Assembly: GCA_036172245.1 (NCBI GenBank)
Contig: JAYWIR010000014.1
Span: forward strand, 620,001-684,000
DNA from: Raillietiella orientalis
Lineage: Eukaryota
Length of the DNA: 64,000 nt
Direction of reading: 5' to 3'
The translations under genes and the position numbers were made by a program. The notes below the pieces were generated by a model. It saw only the letters and a program-made list of their open reading frames with translations, was not told the DNA's origin and did no database searches. Shown piece after piece: positions 23,629-37,688 of this stretch; positions within the stretch are counted from its first letter, which is position 1, and each line of letters begins with the position of its first letter.

Positions 23629-26600
23629 GCTGTCTCTTCCGTGTACTTCCGCTGAAATCGAATGATAGCAATGAGTACAATATATACAGAGATCCAGCAA
23701 GGAATGTACGAAACTGAAAAGACCTGCCCAAGTGCACACACAAGCCTAGGATGCCCGATCGCTATGCCGACAACCGACAAAGTTCACAATAAGGTTTCGC
23801 ATCTTATCTCATTTCATATGAGGGCAAAGATTTGAATCGCATCTTATTAGGCACTTTCAATCGCAACGCAATGTAAAATTCTTCTTTAATTCATTCTGTG
23901 AACACAGGTCCCAGAATTCTTTGCATGAACAAAGATTCAGATAATAAATTGACTCGATACAAAACCGTATTCGCAAATGCCAACGTCACGCGAATATTGC
24001 ATCTGAGCAAACATTTTCGACATTCGAATAAAACACGACACCGGGGAAACTTGCATATAAAAGTGCATGATACGGTCCGCCTGTGAAGACATAAGGTTGA
24101 TGGACGATAAGATGCCCATTTTTCACGTGTCTACATGAATCTTTACAAGTAATTGTGATCTTTCTAACGGTGCCGTTTTTATTTTGAATGCGTGTCTGTG
24201 TGTGTGAAGATAGAAAGCACGAATCAGGGAGCTCCTGATGCGCTAAGGAAAACGGTGGAAAGGTAACGATCGCTCACCGTATTTTACATGAAGCAATTTG
24301 TGCTCTTTGTACAACGAGAACGCGGACGTGTACTTCCTCAAAAATGACTGGGAGCTGAGTAGAGAAAACAGTCATAAAGGAAGGAAAGAAAGAAAAGGGG
24401 GAAGGGGGGGAACGCGGTGAAAATATAACCGAGAAACGCTTGAGTGGTAATTGGCTGACCACGCTTTGCCCACCAAGTACAGAGTCGAAAAATTTCGAGT
24501 CTGTAAACAGGAAAACCTGGTCCAGCGTTGGTGAGGAAACATATTTCTCTACATTTCAATACAGCTATCCAGGGGGCAGAAACCGTGCACTGACCCCATT
24601 TAACACTCTGGTGCGAAACTGCTGCTGGCATGCTGTCAAAACAGAATTCTGTAAGCAAACATACAGACGGCGTCAAACAAAATCTACATGTACACATGAA
24701 GACGGAACTTCCGGATACTTTCCAAGCTTACACGAGCAAATTATCACTTTGTACGATGACACTTCGTCGTTACTTGTACATCACGTCGGTTCGACCAGAA
24801 CATACATTTACTGCTGAAAGTGCTCGTAAATGAATTTCACGTGGATAAAAAACCTTCGATACGATTTCATCTTCGTATTAACGATAGAGTTTTTTGGAAA
24901 TAAAATTACTTTGACAGAAGAAAGGCCAACTAGGTTACGGATCAAATTTAAACAACTCACCATTGGCTATTGAACTGAAGGATTTTGCTTGCTCTTTTCT
25001 CTTGTTAAGCAATTTTGATCCGAAAACGTATTTGAAATGGATTTCGTCTTTGCAGCTGAAGGTTAGAAGGGAACATGATCCAGTGATTTCTCTGGTGGTT
25101 CTTCGACGATTTGGCGTGAAGAATTCCGTGTAGCGTATTTGCAGCATTGCATTCGTCTATTTTCTTTTATTTTTCATTTTTTCCCACTTTGGTTCGGAAA
25201 CGGAGGAACTTTCAAGGTCCAGAATTTCATTACTAGCAGAACCGTCTAAGAGTTTCGAAGAAAGTCTTCGAATTATTCGAGGCTCGATACGTGCAAGACT
25301 GAGTATCCTGTACATCCGTTCGGCATGTTTCATCCGAGAAATGGCAATTGCGGAAATTATTCCCTACTAAGCTCTGTAGGCTGCAGAGTAATCCAGCTGT
25401 GTACCCGAAAATTGTAAAGACCTTTTTCCTTTAGATAAAGCACTGAATAATGCTGGTGACAGTTCCGAAATCGTAATTATCCTTGCATCCCATTGCGGAC
25501 ATGACTCTCTTTCCTCCCGATCCGCTCGAAATTGCCTCCTTTGGATTTGGTAGTCATCAAACTTTTCACGTCTCTCTACAGTCTACGTGTTCGCATGTGT
25601 ATAATCGTCAGCAGTAGATAAGAACAGCTCATTATGCCTTTATGAAACTTTGGGTGCGCCATTTGCTAAGGCACGTAATGCGAGTAGGGAGTCGGAGTCG
25701 CGCAAGTGGTGTCGGAGGAAGTGAGGGATTGAAAAGTAAAAAGAGTCCATTGTGAGGGAAATAAACGGAAGTCGGTCGAAGCATAAAGATTTATCATGAA
25801 ATGTGTGCTTTTGTGGATGCTTGCTTATTCCTTTACAATTTATAAAGAGGAGAGGACGAGTGATTTGTAAAACATCTTGCTTTAATGAGGAAAGAATAAA
25901 AGTGTACATATCTCAATGCATTTTTATTTGTTTTTATAGTGGCATTTTTTGAGTTTACCGATTTGTTTCTTCTGTAGAATACACTAAAATGGTTCCGATA
26001 CACTTATAAGCCTGCATTCTAAAGTTTGTGGCTTTTACATTTGCAGATTCCATTCCTGTGATTCCATTTTCTGCGCAATGGGTTACCATTTGTAATTATG
26101 CATCAGAGTTGGTTTGGACACTAGCCATTGTTTTATATCTAGCAAGTCATGATTCCAATGCTATTGCCACAACTTATTGTAAAGTTTTTTAAATTTTTGT
26201 TTGTTTATATTTCCTAAGTTGTCTTTTTGAAGTTTTTCGTTCTTTTTGTTTAATACCTTGAAAGAACTCTCATTTTTAATTGGCCATTTGTTACATGAAT
26301 GGAACTGTGCTTTCTATTGCCAAATTTGTCTCCCATTTTTTTTTTTTTAAAATCATCCTCGTTCGTTTTGGGCTAAACGTTGCAATTAATTCAACATGCA
26401 TATATTTTTAAACTTGAAGACAGATGCACTGAAATTCTTTCTTATATATCTAAAAGTCATATTTTCTAACTCGTCTCCGTTGAATCAACTCTACCTCATC
26501 GAATCTCAAACCACTGAACAACTTGGAAGAATTCGTTCGATTAGTTTTCCTAATTTGCGATATTTATTTTTTAATATAAGAATTATTAATTTTCATCAGG

Positions 26601-29600
26601 TCATAAACTCTATTTTCTCTGCTAGAAATTGTTTGCACCCGTGGAGTAGCCTGGGTTGTTTATTGAAAGTTCGGAGTTACATGAAATAATTACAATTCGA
26701 TATAAACAAACTGAAATTGTAATGAGTCTTTCAAACCAACTAGATTAGAGTTTTTTATGTTTTTGATTTGTCCACATTTTATCATATAAATCGGTAAATT
26801 CATATTTCAAAACCTTTTTCAAACAAAAGTTCTATCTTGTTGAAGTTCTCAACTTTCGCACCTCTTTCCGTGTCTTCGCTTAAGAATCGAACATGTTCTG
26901 AGGATTAAAAACACATTTAGTCATTAATTATAGTCTTTACATTTATTTATTTTCTCTTTTCACAGATCGTGTTGAAGATTATTGTTAACAACTATCAGAA
27001 CAGGGGGATAGGTTTAGATCGCAAGCATGAAAAAGGAAGTGTGCACCGTAATATGCAACACCCGCATAATAATTTGCATTGTAATTTAACATTTGCCATG
27101 ATCAAAGACACGAGTAAAATTGATGTATCAGTAGAACTACTAAGGAAAAATCGAAGCAACAGACCTGTGATTCGTTGATTTCAGGGTTTAAATTGTTTAA
27201 TCCTTTGAAATCATCATTGCTTAATGATATATCGTCAATGATTCGATAGGCTAAATACTTCACTAAAGGAATGTTGATAATATTCTTATCAGTATTTTCG
27301 TGAGTACATAAATGTTTAAAAATGAAATTTTGTGATATTCTCATAGATTGTAATTATAATTTGACAATGGAATACTCTTGAAATAGTATATTATACTGCC
27401 ATATAATGGATCCAAACAAATAACTAGCTCCAGACAATGAGTACACGCTTTTGCAATCGACCTACATTATTAAGGAAATAAACCGTTAGTGGACCTTCAA
27501 CATTTCTTGTCAAGATTTTCGTAGAACGGAATCCTTGGCACAAAAATTAGTTCAGTGCCCTAGAATTTGTTAATTATTTACGCACATTCAAAACCGTATT
27601 TAACGGAACGCTTGTGATGATAATTCAAAGTGGGTGTTTTAAAATATCGAAATGAACACTTTTTACTTAGCCTAACACTATCATGTGATGGGACCCAAAC
27701 GATTCACCAACAGCCTTTTTGGACGTGCATTTATGGGGCGAAAAATTTGTGTGTGTGTGTGTGTGTTTTTTTTATTGTCAGAAAAAATGTCAGATAACTC
27801 TGATTTTTTACACTCCAAATTCCTCTAAGAAATTCAGTAATGTTTGTATCGCTTTGGAACTTGGCAATGAGTGTTGTGATATGAGTTTCAAGTTTCAAAG
27901 GTATGTGATTTTAGAAGTACTTGGAAAAATTCATCAAAAAACTTTTGAAAGCAAGAACAGTACAATACTTGCAATACGTTCCAAACCGCGAGACTAATTT
28001 CATTTCAACTCGAATACGCAGATCAAACACAGAGAATTTTAGGCTGCACCGAGGCGATTTATCAGGAATCATGTCTAACAAACCTGTCTGGCTTTATCCC
28101 GAATTCCATTAATCAGTCGTGTCAGACGCTGAGAAGCTAAGGGGATCAGAAGTAGACCGATCACTTCTTAATGTCGCGCATTTGCTTATGTTCCTAATCG
28201 CGTCTTAAGCGTTAGACTGCAGACCGTTCACATAACTTTTTCCCTAATTTCACCAACATGCACTCTACGAATTAATTGCAATTCGGCAGAGTTCACGAAC
28301 GGAATCTGCGGCTTGCTATTGAAAAAAAATCTCCCGCTTAAAATGCACATTTTCAACAGTGTTCTTATCCTTATAAATTGGTCCTTTCGCCACCAATCAC
28401 GGTCCTACTGCTCTTGATTGAAAAGCAAAGGGTTTCAACTCATTTTTAATGTTAATCAATTAAGGTGCAGATTTAAATGAAATTTGATATTACAGTCTTA
28501 CCCAAAAGCAACTCCGCTTTTGTTTCTGCCCGATGTTTGAAGGTTAAAACAACAAATATTGTTAAAACAAGCAACACTACAAAGTGATATGACATTTTGG
28601 TGATAGCGCAAATTCAACTCACATGCGTAATTCCTGGACCACCCAAGAGTCACGATGTTCGTTCCTTCTACATGTACTTTATGGAAACGATGTATAATGA
28701 TCGAATCGATTACTCGAAGGTTTCTTGAATTAGGTAACAAATACAATGGAGAACACACCAAAAATATTTTCAACAGAATGCTCTAATAATGAAAATTCAT
28801 TTTCACGAATGGCTGAAGGTAATTGAGTACACAAAAATAGAACAAAAACATTGCTAACCATTGTCACCAGCATTGCATGTCTCATTTTCACAATTCCGCT
28901 TTTAATGGCAAAAGACTTTCTTTCAAACCACTTGTTGTTGTACATAAACATACAGGTGGTTTGAGGGAACACTGCTTTGTTTTCCATAAAAATTGTTCTC
29001 AAAACATCCTAAAGTTAATACTAAAAGTATCATGTAACTTTATTTTTTGTTGATTCTGTTTTTATTTTCATATAAACCTACTATGGAAGCTTTCTCTCCT
29101 AACTGGGCACTGCATCTGGTATAGTACAAGTTCTTTGCATACGTTTTTGCATTGTAACTGTGCATGATATGATGGGGAGTTTTGTTTGGTGCTTTCAACT
29201 ATTTTAACCAGAGTTGATTTCAAAAAATAAAATACGTTGTAGTTCTGAATATATTTATTTACACTTTAAAATAGGCATCATGTTTGCCTTGGTATGCTAT
29301 GAATGCAGATATGAAGGTTTACATTTCCATTATTGTCTCCACATATTTCCTTATGATGACTCAATGCCACATTTTATTCTCAAATTCTGGTTGAAGTAAA
29401 TTCATTCACTTTCATCAAATCACTTTGGAGGGAAAGTTCATTTTAACTGAGTGGAATCTTGGGAGCACAAAATTAGTGATGTTCACTATTTCATTATGTG
29501 TTTCTGAAGGTTCTTGCAAGATTTCATAACAACAAACTTGAAACTTCAAGCTTCTTTTGACCGAACTTTTACTTTCAAATTTCAACATAGAACAATACAT

Positions 29601-29734
29601 AAATTAGATGTAACAAAAAAACTGCACTATTGCACATCTTGCTCTTGCAAAGTCACTGACTATTCACTAAGATATTCTATTTTATTCAGTAGTTAACAAT
29701 AATGTTATGCAATGTCTTGTGTTGAAATATATGA

Positions 29735-32700
29735 TCAATCTACTTTGATACTACCGTAAATCACTCGAATAAACCAAAAGCATGCAAAAAACCCAATGGT
29801 TCCTAAATTTCAATGAGTTTATAATTGAGATGCACATTGCTTACCTGTCATCAGGAAAAACAGAAACACCATGATGAATGTGTATCCAAAATATACAATT
29901 GTGGATGTAGCACCACTAATTTTTAGTTTACTAAAAAAGTAATGGATACAGTAGAGAAAAAGGTAAAATGCTGTACTTCCAGATGTCAGAAAGGCACGCC
30001 ACCACCAATGGTATTCTTCTGCACACAGATGAAAATAGCACAGAAGGATTGTGGTTTCAGAACATGTAAGCACAAGGATTGCAAAAACGAGAAACAAAAA
30101 TCCGAACATGTAATACACTTGACTTGACCAGATGCTATTAAGGATGAAGAACAACTGAATAAAAATGCATCCAAAAGGAAGGATTCCTCCAAGCATTATA
30201 GCTGGTAAGGGTCGAGTATAGAAACTCTGATCAGGAACTTGACGTGGAATTTGATTGGTTCGGACAGGATATTCAATGCTCTGTAATGAAACTTAAAACA
30301 GCTTCCCCCCAAATCCAACCTACTCTTTTTCGGAAGCCAAAATAAGCACCAACAAAAGTTAATGGTAAGGAAATACCAAACCAAAGTGCTAGCAATGCTA
30401 GAAGAATGGTAAATGATACAGCAGCTGAGCTTCCTTTTATCCAAAGGATAAGATTCAGTAGAAAGAAAACAATAAATATGATGCTAAAGAAAATAGTAAC
30501 AGCAGAATATGGATCCACAACATACCCTGGACACAAAACAGCAGTGAGGAATACATTCCATTTCCAACAGAGTCCACCAAAGCTTTTATAGAAACGAGAG
30601 GATACATAACCAGCAGGAGTACCCATTGTCACAAACAGGCTTAATGCACAGGTCATCAATGCACCACGCTTAGCTGGAGACAGGAATCCTAAGCAGGCAA
30701 ATACTAGAAAAAAGCAGAGAAAAATGAAGATTCATAATCAAATTTTACTCACCTAGTGTTACTAGTGTCATAAGAAATACTTGTACGCCACTTGCTGTGA
30801 TAACTGCCAATAAAAGAGAATGATTTGGTGAGCGAAAAACATCTCCATGGATTAGTTTCCATCCAAATTCTTCCTGAGCATCTTCACTAGAATCCATCTA
30901 ATCAATGGTCATATTATTAAAAGATGATTTCAAAAATGACCTGATTGTAGCGCTGGATATCTTTGTTCAGAGTTTTGAGGAGGATCATCGCCACCATGCC
31001 AGAGAGAAACAGCACTATGACAAGAGAATTCAGAATGGAGAACCACTGAATGTTAGCATGTGGTATTGAGTCAAAAATGTAATCCCATCTACTAGACCAA
31101 TGTGTATTATCACTCCGCTGTCTAACATTGAATGACAAGCATGATAATGATAATGCTTACCACAAATTTCACAGAATATGTATATTGTATAACTTTTTGA
31201 AAGCTCAGAGGCACCTTTGCAGGAAGCTCAAGAACAGGAGCACCTTCAGTACACTTAGGAGTTTCCGTCTGATGATCAATGGAACGCAGACTTACTTTGG
31301 CAGCTAATATATTGATGTAGTAAGAGGTTTGTCTTCAACTTTCTTACTTAGAATTTGTCCAGAACCTTCTTGCACAGAGTTCCATTCTTCACTAGTTTTT
31401 TCGATATAAAATATCTGTAGATCCACATGGTTGAACAAATAAAAAACATTCGACTTCAATTGAGATTTCTAGAGATCATATTGAAAATAGAATGATAAAA
31501 ACAAACCTCAAAATATATACAATTAAAAAGCACAAATTCTGTAATGCTCCTGAAGAATCTGTAACACAACCAAAAGGAAATTCAGTCTTGCAGTATTCTT
31601 GTTCCAAGAATGAATAACATAATCTCACTGGCACATTATCTATCATGAGTGAAGGGAAGAATTTGACTGTTTTATTCTTATAACCTCTTACCAATGATCC
31701 AGTGATGTTTATAATTGTTTTTGATACCTCTTTTCAAGAACTCTAATTTTTCCATGTCTTTCCGATTAATTGCTTTGTATGTTTTATTACAAAGAGGAAC
31801 ACATGAAACATCATTCTTAAAATATATCTTAACATCATAATTAGCAAAATTAGCATTCTAAAATCTTCCCAGACCTGATATGGAGAAGATCTGATACGAT
31901 CTCCAAATAAAATCTGCCCTAAATTTTCTACTGGAGAATCTGATTCATCAGTAGTACAAAAATCAAAGCTAAAACAAAATCGAAAGTTTTATGACAAAAG
32001 TTTTATGACTATTAACTCAATTTTTAAAAAATGCAATTTTTTACATGCTGTTTCAGCTGCATCAATTGATGAACAGCTTTTTGTATTTTCCTTATTTAAC
32101 TTACCCATGGCACATGATTTTCAAATTATGCTACATTGAAGGATTACTAATCCAAATCATACTACTTCGTATTTTGGAAGCAATAATTCTTTTTTTAGTT
32201 AATTCATGTTATGATGAGTTATCCTTTTATATGAGGACTCGAATGATCCTAAGAATTTTATTTTCTTGTGCAGGAATGTAATCATCAAATCTAATGCATA
32301 TTTTAAAATTCCAGTTAATTTACAGGGAATGAATGATGTCACAGAATGTAACACCATTGCTGTAACAGAATTTGAAACAGAAGAAAACCAAAAAAATAAA
32401 AAAAAAGAAAGAAAAAAAAAACCAAAGGATAATCAAAAGTCCATATCAAGAATGGGTTCATCATTGTTTTCTGAATACTTGGTTATGCAACTCAAAATGC
32501 AACTACTCCAACAAGAAATAAACTAATTTTTTCAACTGTTTTCTTTTTGTGTGCTATTTCTTTACCATTTTTCTCGAAAAATTATTACACAGATTTTTTA
32601 CAAACTAAGAAATAAACTGCTTCACTCAACACAATCGTGAACTATGTATCAAGAAGAAGACAAAAAAAGTTACTGACTGTGGCATTCCTACTAAAACATC

Positions 32701-34966
32701 CACCTTGATGTTCATCTGTTTTTCTTTGATCATATGTGTCTAGCAATTAGCATGCTGTTTATTTACATGTTCCAAGTATTTTAAATATTGCTCTTCAAAA
32801 TTTATGGCTGGCAAATGTAAAAAAAAAAAAATCATGCAGTCGACTGCAAAATGTGGAAAATTAATATAAAGATGAATAGGAATTATACTTTGTACAAGAC
32901 TTTTCAACAAGTTCATGGAAAACATCACACTTATAACTTTGTGATGCAGGCAATGATTTTTACTTGTGTGTCTTTATAAATAAATGGTCTTTATAAACAA
33001 TGGAATGTCTGTAATCAAGCAGGAGAAAGAGTAAAACAAAACTCTGTAACAGTTTTTCTCCAAATTTATTCCCCAAAAGAAAAAAACACTCAAAATTTAA
33101 CTTACTCATGGTACTCATATGGGATCACTTCTTTATCAGAATTTAAGATGTTGACAAAAAGAGGAATGCGGTTCTGCAAAATAAAATTCTGCATCATGAA
33201 AACATCAAAAATAATTTCTAAGTTTTCTTCTCATATGAAGAAAGAAATTTCATTTATAAACCATTTTGCCAAGTGTCCTGTGAATATTTTGAACAGTTGG
33301 ATTTCTTCAAATACACGTTTGTATTTTCGCATAAATGGTTGCAAAATGACAGGCTACAATACTAGAATTTCCACTGGCATTGGAAATTGCAAACATTTAT
33401 ACACAATGTTGTGAGTGAATGGATTAAAGAATCACTTATCTTTTTTTAAAAACAAATTATTTCAATTTATTGTTTGTAAACAGTAACAGAGCAAAAACTG
33501 AACACTCTTTGTGTAGACTGAAAAATTCAACAAATTATGCTCATTACAGGCAGCTTGGTTACCATTTTAATATTAAAGGCATATAGTGATGTACCTAGCA
33601 TGAATATTTTTAAATCATACTATTATTATTATTACAGTATTATAAATGTTATTCTATTTGTAAATGTTCAAAATCATGCATTTTAATTCATTTTGACTGA
33701 TAAAATTATTATTGCTCAAAGAAGATGCAATTTATTTTGTACAATATACTTTTAGGGAGTATAGAGATTTTGTCAGATGTTCAAAAATTTCTCAATTCTT
33801 ATTTAAATGATAAAATACAATCTTATATTCATGACTTATTTCTACATGGTTTTTCCCTACAATTACATCTTTCTGCAAAATGTTCTGAAGGTACAAAAAT
33901 GTACCTTCAGAACAAACAAATGATCAACAAACATCACCTGGTTTGTTAATAGCTAATGCATTTATGCAAAGCCACTTTGAGTTCTAGGGAATCATTTCAA
34001 CCAATCTCTGAATGGCTCATCATTTTGAGTAAGCTAAACCATTATTACCTTCAAATTTCATGTATGTAGAAGAACTTTCAATACTAAAAACGTTTTTTTC
34101 AAGTAAAACCTTTAATTATGATGTATTATAAATGCATTAGTAAAATTTATAAATCATACAGAAAATTGTAAATGTGGTTGATCTAATGTGATCCGAATGA
34201 ATGTTGAATAATAATGCAGTTCACCTTGGCATGAAAACAATTAGTGAATTAAGGAATAGTCTAATTCCAAAAAGTTACATGTGATTGCCTTCAACAATTA
34301 TATGAGGAAATAGGACACTTATATTTGCAAAACGAAAAGAAATTTTTTAAATAATGGTGAGAACCAGTAAAAAAAAAAAAAAGTGAGCAAAATGAGAGCA
34401 ATAGTGTGAGCACATTCACGAAATAAAAAAATTGAAAGATAGACACTATCCTAGAATAAAAGCTGATGCAATAAATACATTGTTTTTTTTGTTGCTAATC
34501 ACCTTGAATTGAAATTTTTTTTAATTACTTTTCCATAAAAAGTACGCAAAATGTCATGGTAAGACAAACGATTAATGGATGATATGAGTGAATGTAATGC
34601 ATACCAATAGATGACACATTGCATTCTTCATGAAGTCAAAGTTGGTCTGAAAAATTTAAATCTATTGTTAAGAATTTATGCAAAACAAATATAAGAATTT
34701 ATTTTTTCCAACGCAAAAAAGCTCGGAAAACCATTAAAATCTCTCAAATGTTTGTCCTAAGGAATTTTTTGGATTGCATACTTTTATTCTTTAAAAGCTC
34801 TTTACAGGTACTCCATTGAGTACAAGATTATAAGAAAACCTGGTTTTACCTTGCATGTTGGACTCTCATGACTCCTTTCACAATAACTCACAGGGGCAAA
34901 GCCAGGTAAATAGATTGCACATATAGTTTTAAACAGAATAAATGGAAAAACAAAACGTAATATCAT
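29735..34966 (-). CDS. TM9SF2: Transmembrane 9 superfamily member 2 (nonaspanin), multi-exon
   Basis: Signal peptide then IYLPGFAPVSYC; IPLFVNILNS..IPYEY (33107-33174); ENLGQILFGDRI; WSSRWDY..IQWFSILNSLVIVLFLSGMVAMI; GWKLIHGDVFR; GGILPFGCIFIQLFFI; YHWWWRAF; IYGSIKVD*. Confidence 0.93.
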
Positions 34967-37688
34967 GATTTGTCGATGAAAGATTTCTAATCTACCTGGA
35001 AAATTTTGAATTAACTTACAACTGCTCATCAAAACAATATAAAAGATTTAATTATTCACAAATCTACGCAATGCAATAGTTAAATAGTTTGAATGATTGT
35101 TTCAAAACTGACTCTTATTTAAAATACTAGTTATGCACGAATGAATCAAACAGGCATTGCACTTGTTTACTGAAATATTCACTCATAATTAACGTGCAAT
35201 TTTCTACATGCACTTATCATTTGATTTCCAATATGTCATGATATTTACGATTTACGATTAAAAATCATTACTAGTTAAAACTCTAGCACCAAACAATAAA
35301 AAAACTTGACTACCAATCTTCACACAGATAAACACAACTAATACTATAAATGGAAGGCAAACAGCACACGCAAGGCATATAAAGATCGTAGGATTTTGCA
35401 TCCTACTTCATACATGACACCTCATATGAAAAACATAATGTTCCAATTTGTATTTACAAGTGTGCATGTTTAAGATATGTGCAATAAACGTTTGCATAAT
35501 TATTGAAAATCGAAGATTTTCAAGTTCGGTTGTTATCCAACTGTATGTTTTGGTGAGTAATTCCAAATATGGATACAAAATATCAGTAATCTAAATTTGA
35601 ATCCAACAAGAAATACAAGGGCTCGCATCTCGCACATCCACGTCTGGATCGGAGTACCATACAGCTGTTCATGTGCCTCTTATGACGTATGCTGTGTCAA
35701 TCGACGGCTGACATTCCGTTGGTTCGAACCTATTCGTTTAGTTTAAAGTAGAATAGCATGCATCCAGATTATTTCGGTCCTTATATTAATTTCCTTAATC
35801 CAAAACAGTTGTTTTTAAGATGTTGCACAGATGTGCGAACAAGATATTTCACTTACTTCAGAAAATGATTTAAGGGAAGAAATATCACGCAGAAATGAAA
35901 AAATATCTACAAACCAACAGAATAATGTTTTAGAATGCAGACAGTATGTTATAGAAGCTCAAGTTAAGCGGTACAGTTAACACAATTTGATGCAATACTC
36001 TAGAAGTTTGACGCAAACTTCAAGACAAGAATGCAATGCTATATTTTGGAAAAAGGTAAGACTGTGATTAAGAGGCTCATCATGTTTGCACAGAATGAAA
36101 CCATTAATGAATAATTCGAAATTGCTTAAGACTCAAGAAATTGCTCAAGGACTTTAACTTCCAAGGTGAACGAGCTAATGTTTTACGCTCAAAACAAATA
36201 TACGTACTGTGGTCATATGAATTCGTGATAAAAAATTGGTACTTTCGAATTAGTTTAATTAACACTTGACAGTGAAGTTAAATCGTGGATAAAGCTGAGA
36301 AGTATGCACAGAAGGATGAGTAAAATAAAAAGCTTTTTCTTGAACCAATCGTCCACTCATGTTGCGAGTAAAGCAGAGAGAGAAAAGACAGTTTTTGTTC
36401 TTAAAGATGGAGATGCATCGTATAGCATTGCTATCCAGCTTTTTGAATTGCAGCTGCGTAACAAGCGGCATTTTGTGCAAAATTATGCAAAGTTTCTTTT
36501 GCTAATTTCTTAATCAGCAAAAGAAACTTCTGAAGAGAGTATGTGTTATAAGTGACATGATGTGACCCATGAATGTATTGCAAGTTTCATGACCAGGAAG
36601 ACTTTGTATGTCCAGTCTCTGCTTTTGGATATAGGCTCACATAGTCGATTGGCCATGCATCACAAAGACTGCACTCTTAATGATCGTGACTTGTGCAGGT
36701 TTGCACAAGATGCTTCTCTAACATCTCTAATGAACAAGTTGCATTGGGAGACGTCGAGAAGAATTGGAAGTTACCACTGTGCGACAACCAAAAAATCTTG
36801 TAAAGATGTTGGAGACCAAGATAGACGGAGACGATACGTCTTTGTAGCAAGTGATATTTTTGTAAGAAGCAAAATATGACCTATAAAGCTGAGCTAACCG
36901 TTAGTGTTTCGAGTTAATTACGAACAGTCACTTGTCAAGAGAAAGTTCAAAAGTTGTACCGCGTGTTTCCGTCTAATGCGAAACTGAATGGATAATAAAG
37001 TTCTAAGGATCGCAACGGGATGAGAAGTACCCACATGTGTGGGTTCTGGTGAATAACATCCTTCATAGGGAAACATATGAACGATGGAATGATCGAGAGC
37101 GAACCTTAAGCTTATCATTTGGATGTTATCGTCACTATATGTTACTGCACTGAGTGAGTTTTCTTTCTACAAATGTCTTCAAAAGACACTGTGTACAACA
37201 ATCATTTCTGGGGTCTTAAGGTTCTGCACAGCTGAATTACCGAATGGAGTACGTAATTCCGTTTCCACGACCATTTCGTATATGGGAAGTGGTTATCTTT
37301 TAAAGTTACCTTTACGCATCACTTAAAATCGAAATCCAAGTCTGTTTTTCATACGGAAATTTCGTAAAAGATCCAAGTCATTAATTTTTTATTCAATGAC
37401 ACCCCACTTCTGATTTGATATTCATTCAACCAATAACACAATGAAATGTTAATTTAATGAAAACAGTGGGAAAATTTCTGTTAGTTTATGAAGATAAACG
37501 AATTTCTTGCATATTTTAGGGCCCATGTTTTTGTCAGTTACATTGCCTGTATTAAGGTGAGAAATGTGCTTTGCTCTTTATGAAGAATACTTTGTCCTAT
37601 AATACATATAAGTTGTAAAAGGGTTGGTATTAGCAAAATCACATGCCTTTTTGCACCTATGTATTTATTTCTGGCTTCCAATGGCAAA

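Noticed and set aside
35640..35735. tRNA or SINE from B-box-like GGTTCGAACC
   Set aside because: No cloverleaf, convincing A box or second copy.
35900..37330. Possible Mutator-like transposase remnant
   Set aside because: Only faint motif hints, with no termini or catalytic triad that I can support.
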